Shown here: positions 44,482 through 56,048 of the stretch, in pieces | How the letters are laid out: each line of letters starts with the position of its first letter | Position numbering within the stretch: the stretch's first letter is position 1 | Assembly (NCBI GenBank): GCA_963701205.1 | Contig: OY969575.1 | Coordinates: 975,932-1,039,931 of the forward strand | Direction of reading: 5' to 3' | DNA from: an uncultured bacterium | Lineage (GTDB): Bacteria; Actinomycetota; Thermoleophilia; Solirubrobacterales; 70-9 | DNA: 64,000 nucleotides | Position numbers and translations under genes: made by a program | Notes under the pieces: generated by a model | Seen by the model: the letters and a program-made list of their open reading frames with translations, nothing else | What the model was told of the DNA's origin: nothing | Database searches by the model: none

Positions 44482-47091
44482 CTACTCGTCGGTGGCGTCG
44501 TCCTCGATGCCATCACCGTTGTCGTTGGTGATGTCCGGGGCCGCAGGCTGCGCGCCGTCGGCGGCGGCCTCGGCGACTGCCTCTGCCTCCAGTGCGACCT
44601 GTTCGGCGGGCGTGTCCGCTGCCGTATCCGTGCTGGACTCCACGACGAGCGCCACCGCGCTGACGATGTCGTCGTCCTTGATGTTCATCACCTTGACCCC
44701 CTGGGTGGCGCGACCCATCTGCGAGATCCCGCCCGCGTTGGTCCGCTGGACCATTCCGTTCTGGGAGATGAAGAGCAGGTCCTGATGCTCGCGGACGATC
44801 AGCGCGCCGGCGAGGGCGCCCTTCTTCTCAGTCAACTTGATCGTCAAGACGCCCTTGGTGCCGCGACCCTTGACCGGGTACTCGGTTACCGCCGTGCGCT
44901 TGCCGTAGCCGTTCTCCGTGACCACGAACATCTCGGCGTCATCGCGAACGATGTCCATTGCCAGGACGCGGTTCAGCTTGTTGGCGATCTTGCCCGCGAC
45001 GTTCATTCCCTTGACGCCGCCCGTACCGCGACCCATCGCGCGGACGTTCGTCTCGTTGAACCGTGACGCGTGACCGGACCGCGAGACCATCAGGATGTCG
45101 TCGGCGCCAGAGGTCAGGCGCACCTGGACGAGCTCGTCGTCGTCGCGGACCTTGATCGCGATGATCCCGTCCGACTTGATCTTGGTGTTGTAGGCGAGGA
45201 ACTCGGTCTTCTTGATCTGCCCCCGTGCGGTGGCAAAGACAAGGAACTTGTCCTCCTTGAAATCGCGGGTGGGGATCACGGCCATCACCCGTTCGTCGTC
45301 GCGCAGCGGCAGGACGTTGACGAGCGCCTGGCCCTTTGCCGTGCGTGACCCCTCGGGCAACTCATAGACCTTGAGGCGATAGACCTTGCCGCGGTTCGTG
45401 AAGAAGAGCAGGAAGTCGTGGGTCGAGCAGATGTGCAGGTGCTCGATGTAATCGTCTTCCTTCATGTTCATCCCCATCACGCCGACGCCGCCACGGCGCT
45501 GCTGGCGATAGGTCGCAAGCGGCAGTCGCTTGGCGTAGCCCGAGTGCGTCAGCGAGACCACCATCTGCTGGTCGGCGATCACGTCCTCCAGGTTGAGGTC
45601 GCCTTCGAAGGCGATGATCTCCGTCCGGCGCTCGTCGCCGAAGCGCTGCTCGATCTCAGAGAGCTCTTCGACGATCAGGGCATCGACCCGGGCCGGGTCA
45701 CCGAGGATCGTGCGCAGCTCGGCGATCCGCTCCATCAACTCGGCGTGCTCGCCGCGGACCTTGTCGGCCTCGAGCGCGGTGAGGCGCTGCAGGCGCATGT
45801 CCAGGATCGCCTGCGCCTGGATCTCAGAAAGCGCGAACTTCGCGACGAGCCCGTCGCGGGCGGCCTCAGGATCCGCCGAGCCCCGGATCAGCGCGATCAC
45901 TTCGTCGAGGTTGTCGAGCGCAATCAGAAGGCCCTCGAGCACATGGGCCCGCTCCTCGGCGCGGCGCAATTCGTACTGGGTGCGGCGAATGATTACGTCG
46001 CGCTGGTGATCGACGTAGTAGCCGATCATCTCCTTCAGGCTCAGGGTCTTCGGCACCCCGTCAACCAGGGCCACCATGTTCAGGCCGAAGGAGTTCTGCA
46101 TCGGCGTGTGCTTGTAGAGCTGGTTGAGCACGACCTTCGCCGGGTCGCCGCCGCGCTTGAGCTCGATCACGAGCCGCATCCCCGAGCGGTCCGACTCGTC
46201 GCGAAGGTCGGAGATCCCGGTGATCTTCTTCTCGCGGACGAGGTCAGCGATCTTCGTGATCAGGCCACCTTCGCCGCCCTTCTTGACCATGTAGGGCAGC
46301 TCGGAGACGATGATCGCGTCCTTGCCGGCGCGCAGGGGCTCGACGTGGGCGCGAGCGCGGATCTTGACGCTGCCACGACCCGATGCGTAGGCGTCGCGAA
46401 TCCCGCCGGCGCTCATCATCCCGCCGCCGGGGAAGTCCGGTCCCTTGACGTGTTCCATCAGGCCGGCCAAATCGATCTCGGGATCCTCGATGTAGGCGCG
46501 GGTGGCGCGGATCACCTCCACCAGGTTGTGCGGCGGAATGTTGGTCGCCATGCCGACGGCGATGCCGGTGGCGCCATTGACGAGCAGATTCGGATATCGC
46601 GAGGGCAGGACAACCGGCTCGCTGCTCGTCTCGTCGTAGTTGGGCCGGAAATCGACGGTCTCAGCGTCGATGTCGCGCAGCATCTCGGTCGCGAGGCGGG
46701 CGAGGCGGGCCTCGGTGTAGCGCATCGCGGCGGCGGGGTCGTCGTCGATCGAGCCGAAGTTGCCCTGGCCGTCAACAAGCGGATTGCGCAGCGCGAAGTC
46801 CTGCGCCAAACGAACAAGGGTGTCGTAGATCGCGGAGTCGCCGTGCGGGTGGTACTTGCCCATTACTTCGCCGACGATGAACGCCGACTTGCGGTAGCCG
46901 CGATTCGGCTGCAGGCCGAGGTCGTGCATGGCGTAGAGCACGCGCCGATGGACCGGCTTCAGGCCGTCGCGGACATCCGGCAGCGCGCGGCCGACGATCA
47001 CGCTCATCGCGTAATCCAGGTACGAGCTGCGCATCTCGTGCGTTAGCTCGCGGTCCTCAATCCGGCCGGTGAGCGCCTCGAGGCCCTCCAT
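44482..47091 (-). CDS. gyrA: DNA gyrase subunit A
   Basis: 869-aa ORF. GyrA signatures ([16 protein letters not shown], active-site region [10 protein letters not shown], GyrA-box/beta-pinwheel repeats), acidic C-terminal tail. Confidence 0.97.
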   Translation of the reverse strand: MEGLEALTGRIEDRELTHEMRSSYLDYAMSVIVGRALPDVRDGLKPVHRRVLYAMHDLGLQPNRGYRKSAFIVGEVMGKYHPHGDSAIYDTLVRLAQDFALRNPLVDGQGNFGSIDDDPAAAMRYTEARLARLATEMLRDIDAETVDFRPNYDETSSEPVVLPSRYPNLLVNGATGIAVGMATNIPPHNLVEVIRATRAYIEDPEIDLAGLMEHVKGPDFPGGGMMSAGGIRDAYASGRGSVKIRARAHVEPLRAGKDAIIVSELPYMVKKGGEGGLITKIADLVREKKITGISDLRDESDRSGMRLVIELKRGGDPAKVVLNQLYKHTPMQNSFGLNMVALVDGVPKTLSLKEMIGYYVDHQRDVIIRRTQYELRRAEERAHVLEGLLIALDNLDEVIALIRGSADPEAARDGLVAKFALSEIQAQAILDMRLQRLTALEADKVRGEHAELMERIAELRTILGDPARVDALIVEELSEIEQRFGDERRTEIIAFEGDLNLEDVIADQQMVVSLTHSGYAKRLPLATYRQQRRGGVGVMGMNMKEDDYIEHLHICSTHDFLLFFTNRGKVYRLKVYELPEGSRTAKGQALVNVLPLRDDERVMAVIPTRDFKEDKFLVFATARGQIKKTEFLAYNTKIKSDGIIAIKVRDDDELVQVRLTSGADDILMVSRSGHASRFNETNVRAMGRGTGGVKGMNVAGKIANKLNRVLAMDIVRDDAEMFVVTENGYGKRTAVTEYPVKGRGTKGVLTIKLTEKKGALAGALIVREHQDLLFISQNGMVQRTNAGGISQMGRATQGVKVMNIKDDDIVSAVALVVESSTDTAADTPAEQVALEAEAVAEAAADGAQPAAPDITNDNGDGIEDDATDE

Positions 47092-47104
47092 CTAGCGCAC
47101 CTCC

Positions 47105-49561
<2,457 letters not shown>

Positions 49562-49737
49562 TCAAATCAGGGGAAAATCCGGCCGCCTCGCCCACGAATT
49601 GCGGGCCTTGGCTACGAGCCGGATTTCACCACCCAGGTTCACATAAGGATACCAGCCTCGCCCGTCGGAAATCCTGCACGCTAAACACAAAATACCTGCA
49701 AATATGCGTAAAACAAAAACGCGCGAGTAACGAATAA

Positions 49738-50076
49738 TCAGGAATTTGCCGGGCGATTGCCGATGCGGAAGCGAAGTCCCGTCAATTGCGCGCCAAAATC
49801 GCCCTCGCCGAGTTCCTCGCGCAGCCGCTCGAGCAGCTCAATTTGCATCAAATCAAGCTCCTGGGCCCAGGTCGCCGAGCGGCACTCAATGGTCACGACC
49901 CCTGCACGTTCCGCCACCGGTTCGGCCTGGGCGGCAACCGCCTGGCCCGCTGCGCGAAGCCACGCGTCCTGAACGGCGGCGAGCAGCGTCAGGGGCGCCA
50001 AATCGGCTCGGACCCGCGCCAGCGCCGACCCCAGGCTGGCTGGACCCCCCTGCCGCTTGCCGCCAAGCCGCTTCAC
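49738..50076 (-). CDS. DUF721 (DciA-like) protein
   Basis: ORF 49738..50220, trimmed to GTG 50076, which overlaps the recF stop (GTGA). Position between recF and gyrB and pattern (VVTIECRSATWAQELDLMQIELLERL) fit DUF721. Confidence 0.6.
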   Translation of the reverse strand: MKRLGGKRQGGPASLGSALARVRADLAPLTLLAAVQDAWLRAAGQAVAAQAEPVAERAGVVTIECRSATWAQELDLMQIELLERLREELGEGDFGAQLTGLRFRIGNRPANS

Positions 50077-51182
50077 GCCGCGTCCGCCTGGCCGGATACC
50101 GCGCCGATCACGGCGCCATCGCGAACCGCCAGTTCGAGCCGGGGGCAAGATTCGGGAAGGTGGGATGCCTCGGTGGCGGTGATCAACGCCTGTCCTTCCC
50201 CCGCCAAGAGTCGTTCGCAAAGCAGGCCACGCCGGGTCGGGTCGAGCTCGGAGGTGACGTCGTCAAGCAGCATCAGCGGTGGCGTCCTGCTGTCGGCAAG
50301 CAGCGCGTCCCGCTCGGCGAAGAGCAGGGCCAGAAGGGCGCTTCGCTGCTGGCCTTGGGACGCATAGCGCCGCGCCTGACGCCCGTCGATTGCGATCCCA
50401 AGCTCGTCCAAGTGCGGTCCGTGACCGGAGAACCCACGGGCCAAATCTGAGTCGCGGCGATCGGCCAGCTCGGCGACTAGGTCATCCGCCGAGGACGCGT
50501 GGCTGCGCGGGCGGTATGCCAGTTCGGCGCTCTCCCCCAGACCGAGCGCCGTCGCCGTCTCGGCAAAAAGCGGCGCCAGGACGTCCACTGCATCGGCGCG
50601 TGCCGCCATCAAATCCACGCCGGCGGCGGCGAGCTCCGCGTCCCAGGCGTCAAGCGAGGTGGCGTCCGCGGCGCCGGCTCGGATGCGGCCCACAAGCGCG
50701 TTCCGCTGCGCCAGGGTTCGGGCGTAGCGAGCGCGGGCACCGGTCCGCGCCGGGCGCAGGGCGGCGATGAACCCGTCAAGGTGCGAGCGGCGGGCCGCCG
50801 GTGGGCCCTTGATCAGGGTTAGGCGATCGGGCATGAACACGGCGAGTGCCGGGCGGGACGTCGCGGCATCGGGCGGCATCGGGTTTCCGTTCAGTAGGTG
50901 GCGCTTGCCGTCGGAGCGATCGACGGCGAAGAGGAACTCGCGCTCTTCACCCGCGTCTTCGACGACGACCTCGCAACGCCCCAGCGGTTGGCCGAAGGCG
51001 ATCGTCTCACGCTCCGTCCGAGTCCGGCACGAGCGGCCGGCCAACCCTGCGTACAGGGCCTCGAGGAGGTTCGTCTTGCCCGAGCCGTTGGGTCCGTGCA
51101 GCAGGGTTACGCCCGGCCCGAGCCGGACCTCGGCATCGCTGAGGTTGCGAAAGCCCAACGTGCGCAGTGTTGCGACCCGCAC
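50073..51182 (-). CDS. recF: DNA replication/repair protein RecF
   Basis: 369-aa ORF. Walker A (GPNGSGKTNLLEA), signature (ASQGQQRS), Walker B (LLLDDV). Confidence 0.9.
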   Translation of the reverse strand: MRVATLRTLGFRNLSDAEVRLGPGVTLLHGPNGSGKTNLLEALYAGLAGRSCRTRTERETIAFGQPLGRCEVVVEDAGEEREFLFAVDRSDGKRHLLNGNPMPPDAATSRPALAVFMPDRLTLIKGPPAARRSHLDGFIAALRPARTGARARYARTLAQRNALVGRIRAGAADATSLDAWDAELAAAGVDLMAARADAVDVLAPLFAETATALGLGESAELAYRPRSHASSADDLVAELADRRDSDLARGFSGHGPHLDELGIAIDGRQARRYASQGQQRSALLALLFAERDALLADSRTPPLMLLDDVTSELDPTRRGLLCERLLAGEGQALITATEASHLPESCPRLELAVRDGAVIGAVSGQADAA

Positions 51183-51195
51183 CGGGTCCGTCCCG

Positions 51196-52305
51196 TTAGA
51201 CGTTCAGGCGGATCGGCATCACGAGGTAGGAGAAGTCCTCGGCGCCGACCGGGCGCAGTAGTCCCGGACGCAGCGGGGATGAGATCTGGATCGCGATCTC
51301 GTCGCCCTCAACCGACTCGATCCCCTCTTTTAGAAACTGCGGGTTGAAGGCGATCTCGAGCGGCTCGCCACTAAACGGGGCGGGTAACGATTCCGCCGCG
51401 TCACCGATATCCGGGGTCTCAGCGGCCACCTTGAGCTCGCCCTCCGTGAAGGCGAAGCGAAGCGGGGCGTTGCGCTGCGCCAGTTGGCTGACGCGGCTGA
51501 CGACCTCGAGTAGATCCTCGCGCGGCATCCGGACTTCGTGCTCGAACGACTCCGGAATCAATTGGCGCCAGCTCGGAAATTGGCCCTCGATCAGGCGCGA
51601 CGAGAGCGCGGCGCCGTCGAGCTTGAAAACGACCTGGTTGCGCGAAAGCGATGCCTCGATCGTCTCCGCCGCGCTCGACTCGATCAGGCGCCGCAGTTCA
51701 CGCAGCGCCCTGGCAGGCACATTCGCGTCGATGGGCTTCGTCATGGGCTGATCGAGGTCGGTGTGCTTCACGCTCAGCCGGTAGGAATCGGTGGCGACCA
51801 TCGTTAGCTTCTGGCCTTCGGCTTGCACCAGCACGCCGGTCAGGATCGGGCGGACCTCGTCCCGCGATGCCGCCCGGGCAACGCGATGGATCGTCTCGAC
51901 CAGCGGCCCGGCTGGCAGTGTCGCCGCCTCGCCCTCCGCTTCCGGTAGCCGCGGAAAGTCATCGACCGGCAACGTACGGAAATGAAACCGCGCGTCGCCC
52001 GATGTCAACTCGATGTCGCGCTGCTCGGTGCGCGACTCCATCACCACCTCGCCATCGGGCAGGCTTCGAGCCACGTCAACCAGGAGCCGGCCCGGGAGCA
52101 AGGCGGTTCCTTCCTCCTCGATCTTGACGTCACTGAGAGTGAGCGTTAGGCCCATCTCCATATCGGTGGCGCGCAAAGTCAGGACTCCGTCGCTTGCCGT
52201 GAACAGGATTCCCGCCAGTGACGGCAGGGTTGAGCGCGCCGACACGGCGCGGCCGGCGTGCTGGAGGGCAGAGACAAACGTTTCGCGGGGGGCTGAAAGT
52301 TTCAT
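51196..52305 (-). CDS. dnaN: DNA polymerase III beta sliding clamp
   Basis: 369-aa ORF with three-domain beta-clamp pattern (LPSLAGILF, ATDMEMG / ATDSYRLS, MPIRLNV C-terminus). Confidence 0.92.
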   Translation of the reverse strand: MKLSAPRETFVSALQHAGRAVSARSTLPSLAGILFTASDGVLTLRATDMEMGLTLTLSDVKIEEEGTALLPGRLLVDVARSLPDGEVVMESRTEQRDIELTSGDARFHFRTLPVDDFPRLPEAEGEAATLPAGPLVETIHRVARAASRDEVRPILTGVLVQAEGQKLTMVATDSYRLSVKHTDLDQPMTKPIDANVPARALRELRRLIESSAAETIEASLSRNQVVFKLDGAALSSRLIEGQFPSWRQLIPESFEHEVRMPREDLLEVVSRVSQLAQRNAPLRFAFTEGELKVAAETPDIGDAAESLPAPFSGEPLEIAFNPQFLKEGIESVEGDEIAIQISSPLRPGLLRPVGAEDFSYLVMPIRLNV

Positions 52306-52406
52306 CGTGAATCACTCATATTCCTACCTAGATCAGATGTATTAGGGGCGTTGATGGTTGTGGAGATTGTGAGCAGGTCTAGCAATGAAGCCAAACAGGA
52401 CGTGGA
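52306..52406. other. dnaA-dnaN spacer: candidate minimal oriC/unwinding element (also the dnaN promoter region)
   Basis: 101-bp spacer, the classical actinobacterial oriC location. AT-rich block (about 52308-52345), GGGGCG cluster, then a DnaA-box-like 9-mer with perfect TCCACA core (52359-52367, minus orientation). A 7/9 box sits at 52401-52409. Confidence 0.3.
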
Positions 52407-53825
52407 TTACGGTCGTGGAGGAGGGGGTCGTTCGTTGGTTTCACCGGGTGCCGCCGGGTCTTCCGCGGTGAGTTTTCCCAGGGCTAGGCGCACGCTGTGG
52501 ATATCGCCGGCGGTGGCGGACCCGGGCTCGTTGCGCTGCTCGACCGCGCGGATCGCGTAAATCACGGTCGAGTGATCACGAGAGAAATCACGGGCGATCT
52601 GGGCGAGCGACAGCGGCGTGAGCTCGCGGGCGAGGTACATCGCCAACTGGCGAGCGCGGGAGATCCGGGGCGTACGGTTTTGGGCCAGGAGCTCGTCGCG
52701 TGAAAGTCCGAGAACGGAGGCGACGGCCGACTGGATCGCGTCGATCGTCGGTGCGATAACGCTGCTGTCACCCGCGTTGGTAAGCGGCGCGTCGCGATTT
52801 AGGGCACGGCTCACCGCGGCACTCGCGAGCGGTTCGCCGAAAACCGAGGAGACGGCCAAGACGCGGGTCAGGGCGCCCTCAAGCCGGCGCACGTTGCCTG
52901 GAGCCCTGGTTGCGATCTCGCGCAGGACATCGGGATCGGGAAGTTGATCGACCGCGTCTGATGCAAAGCGCCAAAGCAGCGCGATCCGCATCCGTAGGTC
53001 CGGCGGCTCGATTGCGACGGTCAGCCCCCATGCGAAGCGGTCGCGCAGGCGCTCCTCAAGCCGCGAGAGCGATCCCGGTGGACGATCGCTGGAGAGGACG
53101 ATCTGCTTGCCGGCGGCAAACAGCGCGTTGAAGGTGTGGACGAACTCTTCTTCGGTTCGCGGCTTGCCCTCGAGGACCTGGACGTCGTCGATCAGCAGCG
53201 CGTCGAGCTCGCGGTAGCGCTGTTTGAAGCGCTCCGGTCCCTCGGTGCGCAGTGCGGCGACAAACTCCGTCGTGAACCGCTCGGCGGTCGTGTGGTGAAC
53301 GTTCAGGCCGCGGTGTTGATCGCGCATGTAGCCAGCGATCGCGCCCAACAGGTGGGTTTTGCCCAGGCCCGGGGGACCGTGCAAGAACAGCGGGTTATAG
53401 GCCTCGCCGGGACTCTCGGCAACGGCCAGCGCGGCAGCGTGGGCGAACCGGTTCGCAGGCCCGATGACGAAGCGGTCAAAAGTGTGGTGCGGGTCGATCG
53501 GCAGTGGTTCGGCAATCCGGCCGCCCTCGCCACCGCGTGCAGTCACCTTGGCGGGTCCGTCAACCAGCGCGACCCGGCGAAGCGGCGGCGCCAGTCGCTG
53601 CAGCGCGCCTTCGAGCGGCACCAGGTAGCGTCGCTCGACCCAGGTGCGAACCCGCGCGGGCCCGGTCAAATACAGGGTGTCGGCGTCAGCGCTGACCGCC
53701 CGCAAGGGCTCGATCCAGAGGTCGAACGTGGCCGCGGGGAGCGAGGCGCGCAGCTCCTGTCTGACATCTCGCCAGATTCCCCCCTCCGCCTTGCCGCGCT
53801 CTAGATCTCCCATCGCGGCGACCAT
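52407..53825 (-). CDS. dnaA: chromosomal replication initiator DnaA
   Basis: ORF 52407..54119, trimmed to ATG 53825 (or 53813) because the extension overlaps rpmH. AAA+ motifs (GPPGLGKTHLL, LLIDDVQ), DnaA signature and HTH (IARDFSRDHSTVIYA). Confidence 0.95.
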   Translation of the reverse strand: MVAAMGDLERGKAEGGIWRDVRQELRASLPAATFDLWIEPLRAVSADADTLYLTGPARVRTWVERRYLVPLEGALQRLAPPLRRVALVDGPAKVTARGGEGGRIAEPLPIDPHHTFDRFVIGPANRFAHAAALAVAESPGEAYNPLFLHGPPGLGKTHLLGAIAGYMRDQHRGLNVHHTTAERFTTEFVAALRTEGPERFKQRYRELDALLIDDVQVLEGKPRTEEEFVHTFNALFAAGKQIVLSSDRPPGSLSRLEERLRDRFAWGLTVAIEPPDLRMRIALLWRFASDAVDQLPDPDVLREIATRAPGNVRRLEGALTRVLAVSSVFGEPLASAAVSRALNRDAPLTNAGDSSVIAPTIDAIQSAVASVLGLSRDELLAQNRTPRISRARQLAMYLARELTPLSLAQIARDFSRDHSTVIYAIRAVEQRNEPGSATAGDIHSVRLALGKLTAEDPAAPGETNERPPPPRP

Positions 53826-53991
53826 AGCGGCGCCCAGGCACACCGCTTGAGAGCCAGGCCGCAAATCGCGGCTTTTCCTGAACGGGTGGATCCGCTTCGC
53901 CCCGCTCGGCTTGGAGGAGGACCCGGCACCCTCGCTCTCTATACTGGCCGTCGCCCGCGGTTCGCATTCGTCGCCGCCGGCCCTCCGAATT

Positions 53992-54126
53992 ATGAAGCGA
54001 ACCTGGCAGCCGAAGAAGCGCAAGCGCGCAAAGACCCACGGGTTTCGCGGCCGCATGCGCTCACGCTCCGGCCGCGACCTGATCAGGCGTCGCCGGCGTA
54101 AGGGCCGCAAGCGGCTCACGCCCTGA
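53992..54126 (+). CDS. rpmH: 50S ribosomal protein L34
   Basis: Internal ATG of ORF 53911..54126 gives [44 protein letters not shown], canonical L34. Confidence 0.95.
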   Translation: MKRTWQPKKRKRAKTHGFRGRMRSRSGRDLIRRRRRKGRKRLTP

Positions 54127-54548
54127 TGTCAAGTGGGCCTCGTGGCGACGATGCCCGCAAGCGGGGACGCCTCTCGCGGAGTGGCGATTTCGATCGTGTC
54201 TACCGCGAGGGCCGCTCGCACTCGAACCGGTTTCTCGTCCTCTACGCGTTTCCGCGCGACTCGGAGGAGCCTGTCGAGGCCACGGATTTACCGTCAGAGC
54301 AGGGAAAAAGCGAGTTGCGACTCGGTGTCTCCGTCAGCCGCAAAGTGGGCGGCGCCGTCGATCGCAACGCCGTCAAGCGCGCGCTCCGCGAGGCGTTCTG
54401 GAAGCTTGCCGACGGGCTTCCAGAGGGCTACGACTTCGTCATCGTTGCTCGCCCTGACCTTGCCGGGATGGTCGAGCGTGACGGGACCGGCGGCGTCGAA
54501 AAGGCACTTCGCGAGCTCTTCGCCGAAGCCGGGATCGAGAAGGCGTAA
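54126..54548 (+). CDS. rnpA: ribonuclease P protein component
   Basis: 140-aa ORF overlapping the rpmH stop by 1 nt (TGATG). Basic, with RnpA-like motifs (RLSRSGDFDRVY, LRLGVSVSRKVGGAVDRNAVKRALRE). Confidence 0.85.
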   Translation: MSSGPRGDDARKRGRLSRSGDFDRVYREGRSHSNRFLVLYAFPRDSEEPVEATDLPSEQGKSELRLGVSVSRKVGGAVDRNAVKRALREAFWKLADGLPEGYDFVIVARPDLAGMVERDGTGGVEKALRELFAEAGIEKA

Positions 54549-54551
54549 CAC

Positions 54552-54806
54552 GTGAAACGCTCGGCCAAGACCCTGCACGCCTGGCTGGTAGCCGTCGTTT
54601 TGGCGCCGATTCGCCTCTACAGCCGCTTTATCTCGCCCGCTTTCCCGCGGCGCTGTAAGTACGAGCCGACCTGTTCGGTCTACGCGCAGGAGGCGATCCG
54701 CGAGCGTGGGATCGTGCGTGGGACGCTCGCCGCGCTCTGGCGCCTGGCCCGCTGCAATCCCTGGAGCCACGGCGGCTGGGACCCAGTCACCCATAAACAC
54801 GCATGA
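54552..54806 (+). CDS. yidD: membrane protein insertion efficiency factor YidD
   Basis: 84-aa ORF, GTG start. Motifs (IRLYSRFISPAFPRRCKYEPTCSVYAQEAI...RCNPWSHGGWDPV). Confidence 0.85.
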   Translation: MKRSAKTLHAWLVAVVLAPIRLYSRFISPAFPRRCKYEPTCSVYAQEAIRERGIVRGTLAALWRLARCNPWSHGGWDPVTHKHA

Positions 54807-55546
54807 TCTTCCAGCTCGCCAACATCCTGCAGCCGCTGATCGACCTCGCCGAGGCTGTAATCACCTTCTTCCACGACTCGGTCGGGTTCGGCTGGGGCAC
54901 CTCGATCGTCGCGCTCACCTTCGTGACCAGGATCGTGATCCTGCCGCTCTCGATCTCGCAGATCCGCTCGATGCGCGCGCTGCAGGCATACGCGCCGCAG
55001 ATCAAGATCCTTCAGGAGCGCTACAAGGACGACAAGCAGCGCCAGCAGCGCGAGTTGATCGCCTTCTACCAAAAGAACAAGATCAACCCGTTCGCCTCGT
55101 GCATTCCCCTGATCCTGCAGCTGCCGGTCTTCCTGGCCCTCTATCAACTGCTCAACAACGACGCCTTCAAGCAGGACGTTCTGAATAACCCGCCGGTTGA
55201 TTTCTTCTTCATCCAGAACCTGACCGAGAAGGCGACGGGTGGCTCGCTCGTGGTCCTGATCCTGCTCTTCATCGGCACCCAGCTCGGCGCCGGCCTCGTG
55301 ATGGCGGCGCGGGTGGAGGGTTCGCAGCGGATCATCATGTTCGCCCTGCCCCTCGTTTTCGCGCCTTTCGTGGCCACATTCCCGGCCGCCCTCGCGGTGT
55401 ACTGGATCTCGACCAACGTCTGGACCCTGGGCCAGCAGCTGGTCGTCAAGCAGTTCTTCCCGCCACCTGAGATCCCGACCGTCGAGGAGATCGAGGCGTC
55501 GAAACCACCTCCGACGCCGCCGCGCAAGAAGAAGAAGCGCCGCTAA
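54803..55546 (+). CDS. yidC: membrane protein insertase YidC (short form)
   Basis: 247-aa ORF, ATGA overlap with yidD. 60-kDa-IMP core (RIVILPLSISQIRSMRALQAYAPQIKILQERYKDD..., NPFASCIPLILQLPVF, YWISTNVWTLGQQ), basic tail. Confidence 0.85.
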   Translation: MIFQLANILQPLIDLAEAVITFFHDSVGFGWGTSIVALTFVTRIVILPLSISQIRSMRALQAYAPQIKILQERYKDDKQRQQRELIAFYQKNKINPFASCIPLILQLPVFLALYQLLNNDAFKQDVLNNPPVDFFFIQNLTEKATGGSLVVLILLFIGTQLGAGLVMAARVEGSQRIIMFALPLVFAPFVATFPAALAVYWISTNVWTLGQQLVVKQFFPPPEIPTVEEIEASKPPPTPPRKKKKRR

Positions 55547-55556
55547 GGTTGCGTTC

Positions 55557-56048
55557 GTGAGCGTCGAAGCAATGCCCGAAGCGCCCGCGGACAGGGTCGA
55601 GGCGATCCTCGAGCGGGTCCTGGCCGCGCTTGACCTTGAGGCCTCGATCGAGATGAGCGAGGACGACGCCCAGATCACCGCGCGCATTGAGGGCGAGGAC
55701 GTGGGTCGCCTGATCGGCAGGCGCGGCCAGACGATCGACGCGATCCAGTTCCTTTGCTACCGCGCGGCACAACGTGGGGTGACCGACCGCAAGCGGGTCC
55801 AGGTTGACGCCGGCGGCTACCGCGAGGCCCGGCGCGAACAGCTTGAAGGCCAGGCCGAGCGCGCCGCCGAGCGCGCGCTTGAGACGGGCCGCGAGATCGA
55901 GCTCGAACCGATGAGCGCGAGCGAGCGCAAGGTCGTGCACGACCACCTCAAGGACCGCTCCGGGATCGAGACCTTCTCTGAGGGCGATGAGCCCGAACGC
56001 TGCGTGATCGTCGCCCCGCTCGTCGGCGATGCCGCCGCCACCGAGTAG
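55557..56048 (+). CDS. jag: Jag/KhpB-like KH + R3H RNA-binding protein
   Basis: 163-aa ORF. KH-like (GRLIGRRGQTIDAIQFL) and R3H (ERKVVHDHL...ETFSEGDEPERCVIV) segments. Conserved position after yidC. Confidence 0.75.
   Translation: MSVEAMPEAPADRVEAILERVLAALDLEASIEMSEDDAQITARIEGEDVGRLIGRRGQTIDAIQFLCYRAAQRGVTDRKRVQVDAGGYREARREQLEGQAERAAERALETGREIELEPMSASERKVVHDHLKDRSGIETFSEGDEPERCVIVAPLVGDAAATE

Noticed and set aside
45418-47046. 542-aa plus-strand ORF, together with 44410..45066 and 45070..45348, antisense to gyrA
   Set aside because: It is completely embedded opposite a highly conserved gene. The composition is Arg/Ala/Gly/Val-rich low-complexity sequence, typical of GC-driven open antisense frames. 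No recognisable motif.
53826-54119. N-terminal 98-codon extension of the dnaA ORF (track 52407..54119)
   Set aside because: The extension is Arg-rich, lacks DnaA domain I similarity and would run through the rpmH gene and promoter on the other strand. Internal ATG 53825/53813 gives a normal DnaA N-terminus.
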